From positions 1,119 through 65,118 of the forward strand of contig CAZJFC010000002.1 in the NCBI GenBank assembly GCA_964545245.1: 64,000 nucleotides of DNA. Reading direction: 5' to 3'. The notes below the pieces were generated by a model that did not search any database, was not told the origin of the DNA, and was given only the letters and a program-made list of their open reading frames with translations. A program made the position numbers and the translations under genes. This document shows, one piece after another, positions 62,416 through 64,000 of the stretch (position 1 is the stretch's first letter; each line of letters opens with the position of its first letter). Source of the DNA: an uncultured Rickettsiales bacterium. Its GTDB lineage: Bacteria; Pseudomonadota; Alphaproteobacteria; Rickettsiales; 21-14-0-20-44-7.

Positions 62416-63717
62416 ATGGAATTGGAAACAATATTTGGCGTGGCAACGCCGATTGGCAAATCCGGCGTTGCGGTCATCAGGATTTCGGGCAACGCCGTGC
62501 CGGAAGTTGCGGCGCTGCTCGGCTTAAAAAACCTGCGCCCGCGCTATGCGGAATATACTAAGCTGCGCTATAAGGGCGAAATAATCGATGAGGCTGTCGC
62601 GTTATATTTCAAGGCTCCGGCCAGTTTTACGGGTGAGGATGTTCTTGAGCTTCAGGTGCATGGCAGCCGCGCGGTGATAAAAACCCTGCTTGAAATCCTT
62701 GGTGCAATTCCCGGCGTGCGCATGGCGGAGCCGGGCGAGTTTTCACGCCGTGCGTTTGAAAACGGCAGGATGGATTTAACTGCGGCGGAAGGCCTGGCGG
62801 ATTTGATCGATGCCGAAACTTCGGCGCAGGCAAAGCAGGCAATGCGCCAGATGCAGGGCGAACTTGGCCGTATCTATGATTCATGGCGCGACGAGATGGT
62901 GAATTTGCTGGCGCTCATTGAGGCTTATATAGACTTCCCTGACGAGGATTTGCCGCCGGAATTAAAACAGCGCGCGCTGGATGAGATTGAGAAATTCCGT
63001 GCAGGGATAAAGGCACATATGGATGACAACCGCCGTGGCGAAAAAATCCGCGAAGGGCTTTATGTTGCAATTCTCGGCGCGCCGAATGTGGGCAAATCGA
63101 GCCTGCTGAACTATCTTGTGAAGCGCGAAGCAGCGATAGTTTCCGAAACGGCGGGAACCACGCGCGATGTGATCGAGGTGAATATGGAAATCGCCGGGTT
63201 GCCTGTCACATTCGCCGATACTGCGGGCCTGCGTGAAACCTCCGACGCGGTTGAGAGCGAGGGGATAAAACGCGCATTGCAAAGGGCGGAGCAGGCGGAT
63301 TTTAAAATCGTCATGTTTGAAGCGGGCAGGCTGGACGCAAAAACATCCGAACTGATTGATAGCGATTCGATTGTTCTGGTAAACAAAACAGATAAGCTTG
63401 GTGGCCAGTTCCGCGATGATGCCCTGCATGTTTCGGTTGCGAATGATGTCGGGATGGATAATTTCCTGGCTGCGCTTCAGGCAAAGATAATTGAAAGATA
63501 TTCGCTGACCGAGTCACCCCTCATCACCCGCGCCCGCCACCGTGATGCACTGGCTGATGCCCTTAACGCGCTGGAACAGTTCTCGCTGGAAAAACCAATT
63601 GAGCTAATAGCGGAAGATTTACGCTATGCCGCCCGCGCCCTTGGCCGCATTACCGGCAAGATCGATGTTGAGGAAGTTCTGGGAAAAATCTTTTCCAGCT
63701 TTTGTATCGGTAAGTGA
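62416..63717 (+). CDS. mnmE: tRNA modification GTPase MnmE
   Basis: The N-terminus GVAVIRISG, G1 GAPNVGKSSLLN, G3 DTAGLR, NKTD, and the C-terminal FCIGK tetrapeptide. Confidence 0.92.
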   Translation: MELETIFGVATPIGKSGVAVIRISGNAVPEVAALLGLKNLRPRYAEYTKLRYKGEIIDEAVALYFKAPASFTGEDVLELQVHGSRAVIKTLLEILGAIPGVRMAEPGEFSRRAFENGRMDLTAAEGLADLIDAETSAQAKQAMRQMQGELGRIYDSWRDEMVNLLALIEAYIDFPDEDLPPELKQRALDEIEKFRAGIKAHMDDNRRGEKIREGLYVAILGAPNVGKSSLLNYLVKREAAIVSETAGTTRDVIEVNMEIAGLPVTFADTAGLRETSDAVESEGIKRALQRAEQADFKIVMFEAGRLDAKTSELIDSDSIVLVNKTDKLGGQFRDDALHVSVANDVGMDNFLAALQAKIIERYSLTESPLITRARHRDALADALNALEQFSLEKPIELIAEDLRYAARALGRITGKIDVEEVLGKIFSSFCIGK

Positions 63718-63734
63718 GCTATCCCTTGTCAGAG

Positions 63735-64000
63735 ATTCATTGCGAGGCAGGGGCCGAGCCAGCTCTCAACCCAATTTATGTCATTCCGGAATTTTTACCA
63801 GCAGGGAAAAATATCCGGAATCCACAACATTGGGGTTTCGGCAAAAAGTCAGGAGACTTTTTGCGTAATAAAATATCTCCTGACATTTTATTACTGGATC
63901 CCCGTGCAAAAAATTCTTCTGAATTTTTTCACGAGGATGACGATGGGGGGAAAATTGAGAAGCTGTTCAGGAGAACGGCTCAGCCCTGAGCGTGCCGGAG
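63735..64000. repeat. Cluster of repeat modules, truncated by the window end
   Basis: GCGAGGCAGGGGCCGAGCCAG (compare 5244), the hairpin TCATTCCGGAAT...ATATCCGGAATCC, and from 63962 GCTGTTCAGGAGAACGGCTCAGCCCTGAGCGTGCCGGAG, which is the start of the copy A/B family. Confidence 0.65.

Overview
The window looks like a chromosomal segment of an alphaproteobacterium-like organism. That placement is an inference from the gene set: HdaA, CcmC, 7Fe ferredoxin FdxA, CarD/CdnL, ExoD, an NDUFAF6-like squalene/phytoene-synthase-family protein, and the hisZ/hisS pair. About 65 protein genes are supportable, plus one tRNA-Leu(CAA).

Housekeeping genes fill both ends: cobA fragment, hisZ, hdaA, pdxH, comM, ccmC and ribA on the left; pheST, rplT-rpmI, hisS, prfA, ubiD, ilvB, murB-murC and mnmE on the right. 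The middle (about 22.8-42.3 kb) is visibly AT-richer and accessory in character.

Four things stand out.

1. An AT-rich glycan island of about 11 kb (27.6-38.3 kb) sits next to a tRNA-Leu and a diverged 5'-half tRNA-Leu fragment. It carries neuB-neuC-neuA (the CMP-sialic/nonulosonic acid pathway), an ACP + FkbH-type loading enzyme + an unknown 339-aa protein, and four uncharacterised putative transferases.

2. Composite palindromic repeats fill the intergenic spacers of the GC-rich parts. Each has G/C-rich nested hairpins such as CCCCTCCTGATAGGAGGGG, flanked by arms with a 7-nt period, T(A/G)GTCNN. Copies are also inserted in frame in the essential genes pheS and murB, reminiscent of Rickettsia palindromic elements. 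murB additionally carries a 4.5-copy octanucleotide tandem repeat.

3. A small acidic ORF lies exactly between pheS and pheT, flanked by a 12-bp direct repeat.

4. An MNT/HEPN toxin-antitoxin pair is translationally coupled to a secreted protein at the head of murC-murB.

Other oddities:
- a class II Fic protein with an AbiEi-like N-terminus, next to a truncated ATPase gene
- two tandem 497-aa polytopic paralogues
- a minimal Mrp-like C-D-D module
- an orphan Flp pilin
- a CarD with a Lys-rich N-terminal tail

All product calls come from motif recognition by eye. No database search or computation was run.
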